64,000 nt of DNA, taken from NCBI GenBank assembly GCA_036785375.1, contig JAWMAR010000026.1, forward strand, positions 11,966,001 through 12,030,000, in the 5' to 3' direction. Shown here piece by piece: positions 50,476 to 62,559 of this stretch. A program made the translations under genes and the position numbers. Numbering within the stretch: position 1 is the first letter of the stretch; each line of letters opens with the position of its first letter. Under the pieces are notes generated by a model, which did no database searches, had not been told where the DNA came from, and saw only the letters and a program-made list of their open reading frames with translations. This DNA comes from Leucoraja ocellata. Lineage: Eukaryota.

Positions 50476-51661
50476 CCCTAGACCCATAGTCCTTCCCTTA
50501 ACGCGTACACACAACCCCATGCCCCAGTCGAATTTCCTTCCTCTTACCCCATCCCCCTATCATCCATAATCCCACCCTCTGCCTTTACATTTCCCCCCAC
50601 CCTCCTTCTTTCCTTACCTGACACACTTTTATCTCATTTTCAACGCTAGCTGCTGTCACTATCAAGATCTATTAGCCAATAACCTCCACCCACACTCACC
50701 AATAGCCACCTATCACTTCCCAGGCTTTGCCCCACCTCCAACTCTCTTTTCCTGCTCTACCTCCCCCCCCCCAACCTTTGCCCCCCCCCCCCCCCACTCC
50801 ATCTCTCTGATGAAGGGTCCGATCGGAAACAACGTCCAGCCATTCTCTCCACAGATGTTTCATGTCCCGCTACGTCCCTCTAGCACTTGGTGTTTTGCTC
50901 GACATCTTTACCAGCTGCAGTTTATCTCAAATTGCCTTGATGCATGTGCACGGACACCTGAGAATTGCGAAAGAAGGCTAAAGTAGACGCATTAAAAAAA
51001 AGTTTAATAAATGGCGAAGCGCATACAAATATACATATACTTTTGCACGTATCTCGTGGTTTATGCGTTACGTGTATATATACGCTCAGCTTCAGTTTGA
51101 TGTTTGTTTCGAACAGATCTATGCAAATTAGTAAAAAAAATAGAACGAGTGGAACATTTTAGACTGTCTTAAAGATACTAGTCACAGTGGAGTTAAGAAA
51201 CATTGCAACCGCAAATTAACGCTTAGATTCAACCTTCAGATACCATTAAAAGATGTGCGTGTTGTTTATCAACGTTTGATATGCAACGTCCAGTATAGTG
51301 TCGCAATAAACCTATAGATTTGAAATTTGACCTGCAGATCTGCACTGTTGTAACAAGCTGCGGATAGATTAAGTTACAAGACACTAAGAAGTTGACACAT
51401 AATCCCCGAATAATTTAAAAATGAGTATAGCCGCGCGGCAGAATATCGTAATACAAAATGGTCTATTTTTCTGCTTGGATGCACAGAATGACATGCATTT
51501 GGGGATGACGAGGAGCTTCACTGTTTGATGTGTGAATTGTAATTTCATTCCTCCGACATGTTGATGATTGCTCTGTTTTCTTTTCCATTAGGATCGGTAT
51601 TGTTAATGTGTCTCCACCATAAATCAAAGTCGAGCGAGGAATCGGAAACCGTGCCCACTAA

Positions 51662-54600
51662 TTATTCCATTCTCGTTTCTCTCCGCGCATATTCTTGCTC
51701 GTTTTGGATTTCTCCTGTGGCGCTCAATCCGTCGTCATTAGCAACGTGTTTTATCTGAAAAGGAAACGCTTATAAATATCGACAACTATCTAATTGGTTA
51801 CATTTTGGTTTGTTTAAAATGCACATTTCAAAGACAGGAGAACAATGTTGATGGCGAAACACGGGCAATGTCTGAACAAACCTAATCCCTTAAAAACCGA
51901 CGAACTACAGATAGTTGAAGTTTTCTTTCCGAGCAACTAATCTGAAACCTGGATATGTTTCCACTGCATAAAAACAGAAAATTCATCAGACCAGTCAGCA
52001 CCTCTGGGAAGAGCACTATTCAGATTTTCTAGGCTACGTCGCTTCATCAGTTTAGTTGTTATTCGGAGAAAAGGCGAGGGAGCGACGTGCAGTACAAATA
52101 GCAAATTGCATTTGCAGAAGGATTTAAAATGGCATCGATATCAGCACTTTACGGTTCTGCATTGTGTTACATGCATTGTTAATGATGAGCTGGTGGGTTA
52201 GCCCTACCTGATATAACTTAATGAATAGTGTATCGACAACGGAACTAGTACTATATAAGAAATGAATAAAGGAATTTCTGGAATTGCACGTTAGGTTTAG
52301 CTTGTAATTCATACAATTAACCCTATAGAAATATTATGGGGTCTACCGAGAATATTCGCAGGAGTTAAACCTTCTGGTGTTGACCTTGTCAGCATCTTAA
52401 AGCTATTCCCAGATTCTAAACTTAACGGTTCGATGAAGGTACCCAATTGTCATCTGCGTTTTTTGTCGAATGATCTTCCCAATTTTATTTTCTCTTCACG
52501 CCACATATACTGATTTTAATATTTTTCAATACACTATTCGACAGATGCGTCAGATCGTTCAATATACAACAATGTCTATTTCCGCTTAGGCCTCTTCCCG
52601 AAATTAATATATACACTTACCAACTTTCCATGGCCACCGATCCTTTTGTATTTACCTTGAAATGGACGATATTTAATTAATCACAATGGTTAAAATCTTC
52701 ACTCTATTACCATTTCTGATCGTTTAATATTTTTTATAATGAACATAAAACATAATATGAAATTACATTTTATTCGGGCAAAGCAATGAATTTCGGCAAA
52801 ATGTTGACGGCTACATAGATGCTCCGTGAATTTTGCTGGCATCGCTAATTGACAGAATGAAAGTGGTGAACGTTCTGGCATTTTCTATCTCTCTGGCATT
52901 TTGCAAACTCTTCGGTGCAAATGTGTAAACAACGCTTAAAACAAAATCAATAGATTGTCGAGCTAAATTGATAATCCGCTGTTATTTAAATCACGGGAGT
53001 GAACCATCCCACCATGCAGCACCGCACTGTTCTTCCGGTTTATATAATCCATCCTGACTATTAACAACGAACTCCGGAATTCACAGTACAGACAAGCACT
53101 GATCTTTCTCAGTCCCATGGATCTGTGTTACCAAAATACTTCTCCCCTAAAGCGTCTGCTCCGTGGTATAACAGTAATATTAATGTATGGAAAATCTTTT
53201 TTTTTTTCTCCATCTTGACTTTTCAAAAGGTAAGGGCCCCTTACAACTTTAGGGTATAATGTCTACGTTTACTTCCAGTTATTGAGGGACAGATTTGAAA
53301 AAGGCAAATGCCGTGGGTTGGAATCCAACTGAGCCCTAACCGGGTAAACACCGTCTGTCTCTAATGGACTTTAAACGACCACTTCATTCTCTGCCGTTTC
53401 ATAATCTCTTGTATTTTGTCGAAACCTGTGTTGTAAATAAAAACTTTTAAACCATGGATCAAATTAGCGAAGTATCGTATCAGAATGTACTCCTACCCCC
53501 ACAATCATAAACCGAGGTATTCCGATTGTGGCATCGTAAATAATACATTAACACGCCGTGTTTTGTCTGACACTGAACTGCAGGGCAATTCGGATTATAG
53601 CATTGAGTAACTGGGGAATTCTGGGTCATATTACTAAACCATACCTTCTCGAATAAGCTTTGGAAAATCTTCGCCATGGGATGAATTTCAGATGATGGCG
53701 ATAACCCCCTGCGATTATGTAAAGATTTGTTGAAAGGGATTCTGCGTGGTATTAGGTGGATAGAAATGGCTTTCATTATCTGAGATTGTTTTTAGCTTTT
53801 GCCTTCCCCAAATTATGCTGGACACGTGAATTCAAGAACTGCCTTCGGTTGTTTGCGGTCGTTTCACGGGGCACGGGAATCCACAGCAATTCTCGAAATT
53901 GTATGGATCGGTCATTTAGAGTCCAATCATAATATATCCCTGAAAGTCGAGATTTCTCACTGCACATTACCACAAAACGTGTTTATTTAACTTTTGTATA
54001 CATCCTTAAATTATATTTATAGAAACATAGAAACATAGAAAATAGGTGCAGGAGTAGGCCATTCGGCCCCTCGAGCCTGCATCGCCATTCAATATGATGA
54101 TCATGGCTAATCATCCAATTCAGTATCCTGCATCTGCCTTCTCTCCATACCCCCTGACCCCTATAGCCACAAGGGCCACATCTAACTCCCTCTTAAATAT
54201 AGCCAATGAACTGGCCTCAACTACATTCTGTGGCAGAGAATTCCAGAGATTCACCACTCTCTGTGTAAAAAATGTTTTTTCTCATCTCAGTCCTAAAATA
54301 TGTCCCCTTTATCCTTAAACTGTGACCCCTTGTTCTGGACTTCCCCAACATCGGGAACAATCTTCCTGCTTCTAGCCTGCCCAACCCCTTAAGAATTGTG
54401 TAAGTTTCTATAAGATCCCCCCTCAATCTTCTAAATTCTAGCGAGTACCTTTATGACCTAGGTTACCATTTTAAATAGCGTGGAACCACGGAGCAGCAAA
54501 ATGACCAAACAATTCAATTACTTATCAGTGCAGTCGACAGGGACCTCAGTGAATACGATATGTAAATTATAAGCATAATACTTACAGTTATTCTTCAGTT

Positions 54601-57600
54601 TGCAGAATCCGACAATGACAGTCATAATGAACAAAAATGCGATTACAACCGCCGGACGGACAGAACTCCAGATGGCTGTTTCTGCAAGTTTAGAATGACA
54701 GATACTGAATTCTACTTTGAGCCGACCATTGTTTGTTTTAAAAAATCTCTTTAGAATTTGGAGATTTGCTTTCGCTCATAATTACATGCAAAAACATTAT
54801 GCTAAAATCGGATATTAGAAACAACGTTGTCCCGAAGAGTGGAATGAATAAATTGCCACCGAGTTTAATTTCAGACAAATAAGTAGGATGGAGGATGAGG
54901 GGGTGGGGGTGGATATATTCCTTCACTTTTAATTGGAATGCAGCAGCACACAAAGCTCCATCGTCTTTGGGAAGTGCTGATTTGGTTGAGGTCCAAGGCA
55001 AATCTTCTTTCCCTTATGTACAGTATCAAGTCCTTTTTACCGACACGCCTGCAGATCATAAGGATATTGACCTACGGTCATTATCATATGGTAAATACAC
55101 TGTAGTAAGTCCCAGGCCGCCCTGTCCTCTCAAAAAACGTTTAGCGATTGGCAATAAATGGCTCCCCACCATCGCCCCCCACATGAAATTATTATATTGA
55201 GTGAAACAGCACGGAAACCGGCCATTGGCCCAGCTCGTCCATGCCGATCAAAATAACCTATAGTAATTGTTGAAACCCACCATACGGCGCTTGACCAGAA
55301 ACAAGTTATGAAACAGTTCCCTGCTTTAAATCCAAGCAGGTTGGAAGGGGCGTCATTTTTTATACACAGGATTACACATCGGGGTGAATCCACAATGATA
55401 GGAACAGGAATCCAATAAAGAGCTGCAAGTGGTTGTGTGTGGAGCAAACGTCAAAACCGCTCCCTCTAATTCGCTTCCACAATTTGAAAATAACAAATTT
55501 TGCGGGAGCTTTATGGAGAATTGTGTCAATGCTATTTACGAGGATAGTATTATTTGCTTCTCAATTTTCATGATTTATCATCCACAAACTCAGAATTGAA
55601 TCGTAGGTTACAAAACGTCAAAGTGTTTTTAAGTCATACCTTTGAAAACGACGTTGAATATGCGACTCTTTGGAGGGAGATATGAGACACCAGATAAATG
55701 TAAACCTTTCCATTCGGCTCCGACTGTGTCATGGACAATGAAGTAGAAACTGCGTACAGCCCTTCAGTATGTTTCTGTTTAACGCTATTAGCCTCAGTTG
55801 TAACTGCAGTGCCATGTTTATGCCATACAAGAGTTAACTTGCTCGGGTGAAACTCGGACGTTTCACTGACGTGAAGGGATAAAGGGAATAAAAGCAGTAG
55901 CTGTGTAGGAAATAACTGCAGATGCTGGTTTAAACTGAAGATAGACAGTTTCTCTGGATGGAAGGAATGCATGACATTTCGGGCTGTGACCCTTCTTCAG
56001 ACTGAGAGAAAGAAGTAGCGTCCAAGGCCATTTCCCCCTGGCTTGTAATGGAAACTTTCTGACAATTAGCTGAATTCTAGAACTTTTTAAAAAGCGTCTC
56101 CAAAATGAAAGGGTTACACCAATTTAGGGCGGTAACTAGACATCTGTTAGCAAATTCAGTAACATACACTAAACAATTGATTTAGTATGAGGCTTCCGGG
56201 GAATGCTTAGTAACGAGCAAACAATGCAAAATATTTCGAGCGAATATGAATGCCATCCCTTCACATTTCGACATTTACCTGAAATAACGAGTCGCTCTGG
56301 GACCCGTTAGAGTAGACAGTGTTTACGATGATATGAATGGCATTTGTGATCCTTTTAAAACAAACGTTGTCAATATCAACACACTCAGATGTCAATAATA
56401 AGTTATAACATTATACGGTGTTTCAAGTCATACCTTGGTCAGGTTTGCGAAGGGCGTGCGTGGCAATGGCGGGTCTTTGGAGGGAGATGTGTATCACCAG
56501 ACAAATGTAAATATTCCCGCTGGCCTCCGACTGCGTCATGGATAATGAACTGGAAGCCGTGTACAGCCCTTCACTATTTTTCTGTTTAATGGTATCGACC
56601 TTAGCTGTAACAGCAACGCTATTTTTATACCATAGATGGGTTAGATCACCCGGGTAAAACTCGGCCGTTTTACAGACAAGCGTTGTAGCTGCAGATGAAT
56701 TGCTCTCGGATATCCAGTTAATCTTCAGTGGAGTTGGAAGGGCTGTGGGACAGAGTGCGAAAATATCATATTACTGGAATTAAATTAAACAGACAGTAGG
56801 AGAAGCTTGTTTAGAAATCCACATATTTTACCCGATCCCTTGAAGACAGAAGTTAACGAATTATTGATATCTGTTACCTCATACAGCGGAGCGCAAGAAC
56901 CGCCGCGGAAAGTTAATTTTGTTTCAACTCAACCAGCGTTCAATGACATGAAATGTGGAATCTTTTGGAGGTGCAATTGATAGTGATTTATGCTGGATCG
57001 TATTTGAAGGTGTGATGAAAGCTATTGTTACTTGTTTTGAAATACATCTTATTTGCTGTATTTTAACATATATTTTCGGCATAATAATATTGAACCTTGT
57101 ACATTCAATAAAACGAGCATCAAATTGTATGGTTTTCACATAATTTCATGGGGCCCTTCTCTCTCACAAATCGGAACTAATATAGAGATATAATTCTTGT
57201 GCAATATTCTCAAGTATTCTGTCCTTTCGTCACTCACCACATACTGTTAGTTCTGACCCTGTTCCTTCTCCGCTAATTTCCCCCTGACGCATGATTACAC
57301 AGCGATAGTTTCCCGAATCCTCGTAGGTCGTGTTCAGTAAATCAAAATATCCGCCTGATCTATTTTTGACGGTGAATCGCTTTCTGCCATCAGCGTCGGT
57401 TTGTATATATTCATTCTCGCCCTGTTTTCGCCAACGTACTTCGATTCCCGAACTGTCATCCGCAAGTGGGATTATGCAGTGAAAGGTGACGTTTGCTCCC
57501 TTCAATATAACCTTTCGTTCTGGAATTTGGGTAACGTGGATCGCAGTTTTTTCAGCAGCTGTTGGAAAAACGTTTAAGATTTGGTTAATTATATTCAATG

Positions 57601-57787
57601 TAGAACCAAGTCTTTTGATAATACATTGGCATGAAAAACGAAACTAACAGACAAATAGAAAAATACATTTCACCAGTTAAGCCAGGACTAGTTTGGAATA
57701 TTTTGGCATTTAGACAAGTCTATATGAGATCGTTCAGGTACCTGTGCAAATAATCACGGAGAGAGACAGAATCAGGACCAGAAACAT
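51662..57787 (-). CDS. Gene C: diverged VJ-C1 Ig-superfamily receptor with Arg-containing TM, 6 exons
   Basis: Exons on minus: 57787-57742 (leader MFLVLILSLSVIICT), 57558-57238 (V: TFHC, VRWRKQ, DSGNYRC, GEGTGSELTV), 56742-56434 (C1: LVCKTAEFYP, LWYKN, YICLVIH), 54681-54586 (TM ETAIWSSVRPAVVIAFLFIMTVIVGFCKLKNN), 52655-52621 (CKYKRIGGHGKL), 51754-51662 (IKHVANDDGLSATGEIQNEQEYARRETRME*). Phases are consistent. Confidence 0.85.
54020..54448 (-). mobile_element. CR1 3' fragment in gene C intron
   Basis: ORF 54217-54426 RGDLIETY..RTRGHSLRI; (CATAGAAA)n tail. Confidence 0.88.
55640..55885 (-). pseudogene. Degenerate second C1 exon inside gene C intron
   Basis: HVSETSEFHPSKLTLVWHKHG...EGLYAVSTSLSMTQSEPNGKVYIYLVSHISLQR is paralogous to the gene C C1 exon. 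Both canonical Cys are lost (C>S, C>Y), the donor is out of phase, and the 5' part is interrupted by a short repeat at about 55900-56005. Confidence 0.8.
56434..56742 (-). CDS. Gene C C1-set Ig exon (absent from the ORF track because it has no ATG)
   Basis: tcccacag acceptor; ALPTPLKINWISES...FYPGDLTHLWYKN...YICLVIHISLQ...DQG|gtatga; open frame of 309 nt. Confidence 0.9.
57238..57558 (-). CDS. Gene C V-set Ig exon
   Basis: Same 321-nt length as the A/B V exons and shares KQGENEY..DGRKRF; G|gtgagt donor. Confidence 0.92.
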
Positions 57788-57884
57788 TGCAGTTTTAACA
57801 ATCCGAGCAAATCATTCAACTGATGCCTCACTACGATATTCAGTCTAAGCAATGGTTACTTTGAAATGTGTTATAGGCAAAATA

Positions 57885-58258
57885 CAATAGACAATCGGTG
57901 TAGGAGTAGGCCATTCGGCCCTTCGAGACAGCACCGCCATTCAATGTAATCATGGCTGATCATCCCCAATCAGTACCCCGTTCCTGCCTTCTCCCCATAT
58001 CCCCTGACTCCGCTATCTTTAAGAGTCCTATCTAGCTCTCCCTTGAAAGCATCCAGAGAACCTGCCTCCACCGCCCTCTGAGGCAGATAATTCCACACTC
58101 ACAACTCTCTGTGTGAAAAAGTGTTTCCTCGTCTCCGTTCTAAATGGCTTACTACTTAATCTTAAACTGTGCTCCCTGGTTCTGGACTCCCCCAACATCG
58201 GGAACATGTTTCCTGCCCCCAGCGTGTCCAAACCCTTAACAATCTTATATGTTTCAAT
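57885..58258 (-). mobile_element. CR1 3' fragment just upstream of the gene C leader
   Basis: ORF 58028-58231 MFPMLGESRTREHSLR; 3' stem-loop. Confidence 0.85.
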
Positions 58259-58981
58259 CTTATATGTTGCGATGACGTTTGGCGCGTTTTCTTACGTGGG
58301 TGGGACTACATTTCGCATTCGCTGAAGGAACATAAGTAAGAGTGTAGCTGGTATCTAACAAAATAATGTTTGGGAGGTGTTTTTGTAGGGCTAAAGCGAA
58401 GCGAGGAGGTTTTTAAAAATAATTGTTGAATTTAGATCTTAGATTGCAATTAAACTAGGGAATTATCAGAATGATCAGAGTTGTGGAATCTCTAAATGCC
58501 AGAGATCAGGGCGAGATTACAGAGAGAGTATGGGACAATTTGCGCCGATAATTACAAATCGTGCAGTAAATTAATTAAGGGACCCCTGTACTGCTGGACG
58601 CCATTGTAATTGATCTCACATGGGGTTATATAATATTTTGCCATCATCGCAAGTATATCCAAGTACAACAGATGGAAATGACAACCGAATAGTAGAACTA
58701 AAAGGTAAAAGAGCGTCGTAGCCGAATGCATCAGGGCCATAAAGCAGAGGAAGAAACGGTGCTGGGATCAAGATTCAGATTTTGTTGCTGTTGGCACCGA
58801 TATTGTCGCCTGCTCATCTAGATGTCAAATTTAACACCGAGTAGAGTCTACTTCAGCTTTCGACAGCTATCGGGAAGAATCGCATTTAGCGGGAATCCAG
58901 TTAGGGAACATAAAGTGGTTTTAGTTGCATAGTTTTCGATTTTAATTGCGTAGATCGTCATGGAATTCGAGAATATCTGTG

Positions 58982-59272
58982 AGCCCATCAATATAACCAC
59001 TATCTCCGGAATTTGAGTCACGTGGATCGCAGTTTCTTCGGCACCTGCTGCAAAAGCGTACACAATTTGATTGGTAATATTGAGCTTGGAATGGTACACT
59101 CCAGATAAATTTGGGTATGATTCATTAAACAGCGACATATGGAAAAATTAATTTCGCGCGTTTTAACCTGTAACCGTTCTAAGTATTCTGGCATTTAAAA
59201 TAGTTTCAAAGAAAATATAAGGATACCTGTATAAAACATCATCGAGAGAGACAGGAGCTGGAAGAGAAACAT
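58982..59272 (-). pseudogene. Truncated paralogue D: leader exon plus first ~20 codons of a V exon
   Basis: Leader 59272-59227 MFLFQLLSLSMMFYT G|gtatcc. V start at 59044 reads GAEETAIHVTQIPEIVVILMGS, then similarity is lost. Flanks are similar to the gene C upstream region. Confidence 0.75.
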
Positions 59273-60339
59273 TGCTGTTATAACATTCCGAGCATATCGT
59301 TCAACTGATGCCTCACACGTCAATGAATGCGAGCAATGGTTGCCTTGTTGTACCTCGCAAAGCGTCGCATTGACGTTTGTCGTCATTCTTACGTGTATAG
59401 GTTCCCACTTTTCATTCGTTGGCGAAGGAACGGAAAGAAGAATACAGCTGCTGCCATACCATAAGTCAGTCACAGGACAATAGTCCGAAAATCAAAATGG
59501 ATGGATGGGAGTTTTACACGAGGAAAGAGTGCAAATACGTTTTTGAAACAGTTGCACAATTCTGGGCATAATAGCTGGTGACACGATCGCAATTGTATTT
59601 GGGAAACATTAGAACACCGACTTTGAAGAATTTCCAAATATCAAAGATTACAACGAGATTGGAGGGATACAAAGAGAAGTTAGGTAGCGATTTACAAAAA
59701 AGTGCAATAATTTAAGTGCGGAGGCGTTGATTCGCCGGACATCTTTTGAGATTCTGCTGTACGAAGCCAATGCGATTAGAAATGGTCATCGCAGCAGGGT
59801 TATGTAGGTACAACGGAGCAGACTCGGCAACTTCGAATAGTAAAGAGAAAATAAAAGAATGGATAAGTGCTTCAAAGCCACATAGGCATGTGGGTTTGCA
59901 ACTCAAAAATTAGCATTCTGAGTACTGTGTTCACACAAATATGCCCATTACTAATGAGAATGTCAGAATTGACACAAAACCGTGTACAGTGGAGCCACAA
60001 GGGACCGTAGATGCTATAATCTGGATCAAAGCTCAAACTGGAGAAAAAGCTCGACCAGAAATGTCGACGTCCACGTATGCTGCCTCACCTGATCAATTGC
60101 TCCATCTGTGTATTTTTTTTACTCCCAATCATGTGTATGCTGTTTCTGTTTCCAACATCTATTCAAAAGTGTTTCTGATCGATGGCTAGGTGACGGAATT
60201 GGGAATTGAGACGAACGACAAATAGTGCCGTCCACCATAGTTAATCGGGGAAATGTTATTTTCACTCAGATTGCCCGTGGAAATGACAATGAAGCGGCGG
60301 AGAGTGCACCCGGTGTCGAGACAATAATCTTTCTCGCAA

Positions 60340-62100
60340 TTTCAGCAAGACAAATGATCTAGTAGTTGGCGTCAGGAAGCGAATCCGTTTGCATTGGCGG
60401 CGCTGAAGTAGAGCTGGTTGAAAGCTTCAAATTCCTCGGGGTAAATATCACCAACAACTTGGCCTGGACCATCCATATTGAAGTAATGGCTAAGAAAGCA
60501 CACTAACGCCTCTACTCCTTTAGAAGGCTGAGGAACTTCAACAAGTCCCCAACATCTTTCACCAACTTCTGCAGATGTGCGGTAGAATATATGTTATCAG
60601 GATGCATCCATCACAGCATGGTTTGCCAAGAGCCCCATCCAAGAAAGGAAGAAATTGCAGAGGATTGTGGTCGCAGCTTAGACCATCACACAAAGCAACC
60701 TCCCTTCTGACTCCATTTACACTCACGCTGCTTCCGCAAGGCTATCAGCATAATCAAGGACGAGTCGCTGCACGGTCAGTCCCACTTTTCCCTTCTCCCA
60801 AGGGGAAAAAGGCATAAGAAGTGTGAAAACTTACAGGGACAGTTCTTCCCAGCTGTTATGCATTTCGTTGTCTCTGTACTGTACACTGACAATGCCAATT
60901 AAAATTGAATCTGAATCTGAATCTTATGGCGGTGCTGGCTCGAAGGGCTGAATGGCCTCCTTCTGCACCTATTTCCTATGTTATCAGGCAACTGAACCAC
61001 CCTACCAACAATTAGAGAGCAGTCTAGAACTATTATCTACCTCATTGGAGATCCTCGGACATTCTTTGATCGGACTTTACTGAATTAATCTTGCACTAGC
61101 TGTTATTCACGTTATTCCCTTCATCATGTATCTGTACACTGCTCGATTGTATTCATTTATTGTCTTTCCGCTGACTGGTTAGCACGCAACAAAAGCTTTT
61201 CACTGTACCTCGGTACACGTGACCATAAACTAACCTAAAACACAAACTCAAATAAAGCCATGAAGGGTGCGAAGAAACAAATCGAGACCAAGCTAGAATC
61301 CCAGAATAACTGCGCAGCCACCTGTTGATTGTGGCAAGGCTCGCATGCTATAATAGGCTATAATGAGAAGCCATACAGTATGGCCGCTAACAACGCATCC
61401 TTCCCAGTGTGGCTCTTTGTATTCAATGCTAGTTTTGAACATACGTTCAGTGGAATGACGCTATCTGCCCCGACAACCTTAGGAGCACCAATAACCATGT
61501 TCACCATTGCTGACGCCAAATCGATCTTCTTGAGATTGAACCTGCAGGAAGGAATTGAAGAAGTCTCTGGCAATGCCTTCAAAGGGACACAGGGGAGCCT
61601 GCTACTAGAATAACCGTGGACATTTCTACTTGCTCCTTAGTTCATTCCGATGTGTCCACTCGCTTTAAGAAGTGTGCGACCATCTCATTTCTAAATGACA
61701 AAGTAGCACGGATTGATGAATGCCACCAGATGGCTCTGTCGCCCACCACCATGAACTACTTTTCGAGGCTGGTCTTGGCACAAAACAACTCCAGCCTTCC
61801 ACGTAACATTGCTCCACAGCAATTCAACTATGATAAGTCAGTGGCAACGCCATCTCCTGGAAAAAGGTTGATCCCTGGAACGCATGTCGGACCCCTATTT
61901 ATTCTCGAAAGCTTAGCCTTCAGCTCAATAATTACGAATGTTCAAACTCTTCTACCTCGTACTCAGCAATCCCACAGCACCCGCAACCTTGACTTTCTGA
62001 CCCACATATTAAAACCAGTAAAGATGGATGACAAAACATTCAACAGGTTGCTTCTCTGTGCCTTATAGCGTGTTCTACATTCTGACGGAAATTTGCAAGC
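60340..62100 (+). mobile_element. Degenerate Rex1/Babar-like LINE fragments
   Basis: FKFLGVNITNNLAWT..KKAH.RLY..RRLR at 60425-60535; further decayed RT-like pieces at 61260-62100. Confidence 0.55.
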
Positions 62101-62559
62101 TCTACAAATATTCGTACCACACTTCAGCACAGTCTTCATAAGTTCATAGGTCATGGGAGCAGAGGTAAGCCATTTGCACCTTGAGTATACTCCAACATTC
62201 ATTCTTGGCTGATTTATCTTTTCACCTCAAACCCATTCTCCCAATTCTCATAACCTTTGAGACTCTTAAAAATCAAGTATATGTCGGTCTATGCCTTAAA
62301 ATTGTTCATTGACGGCCTCCGCAGCCTTCTGTGGAAATTAATTCCACAGATTCACTACCCTCTAACGAAAGAACTTCATCCTCATCTCCTTTCTAAAGGT
62401 ATGTCCTTTTATTCTGCATTTCTCGACTCTCTCATCAGTGGAAACATCCATTCTATCCAGGCCTTTCACTACTCGGTTAGTTTCAATGAGGTCCCCTCTC
62501 ATTCTTCTAAACTCCAACAACTACAGGCAAAGTGCCATCAAACACGTATCATATGTTAA

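Noticed and set aside
54895-55200. Plus-strand ORF containing SYG|gtaaat, similar to a V-exon end
   Set aside because: No Ig Cys/Trp pattern in the frames examined; it lies antisense within a gene C intron.
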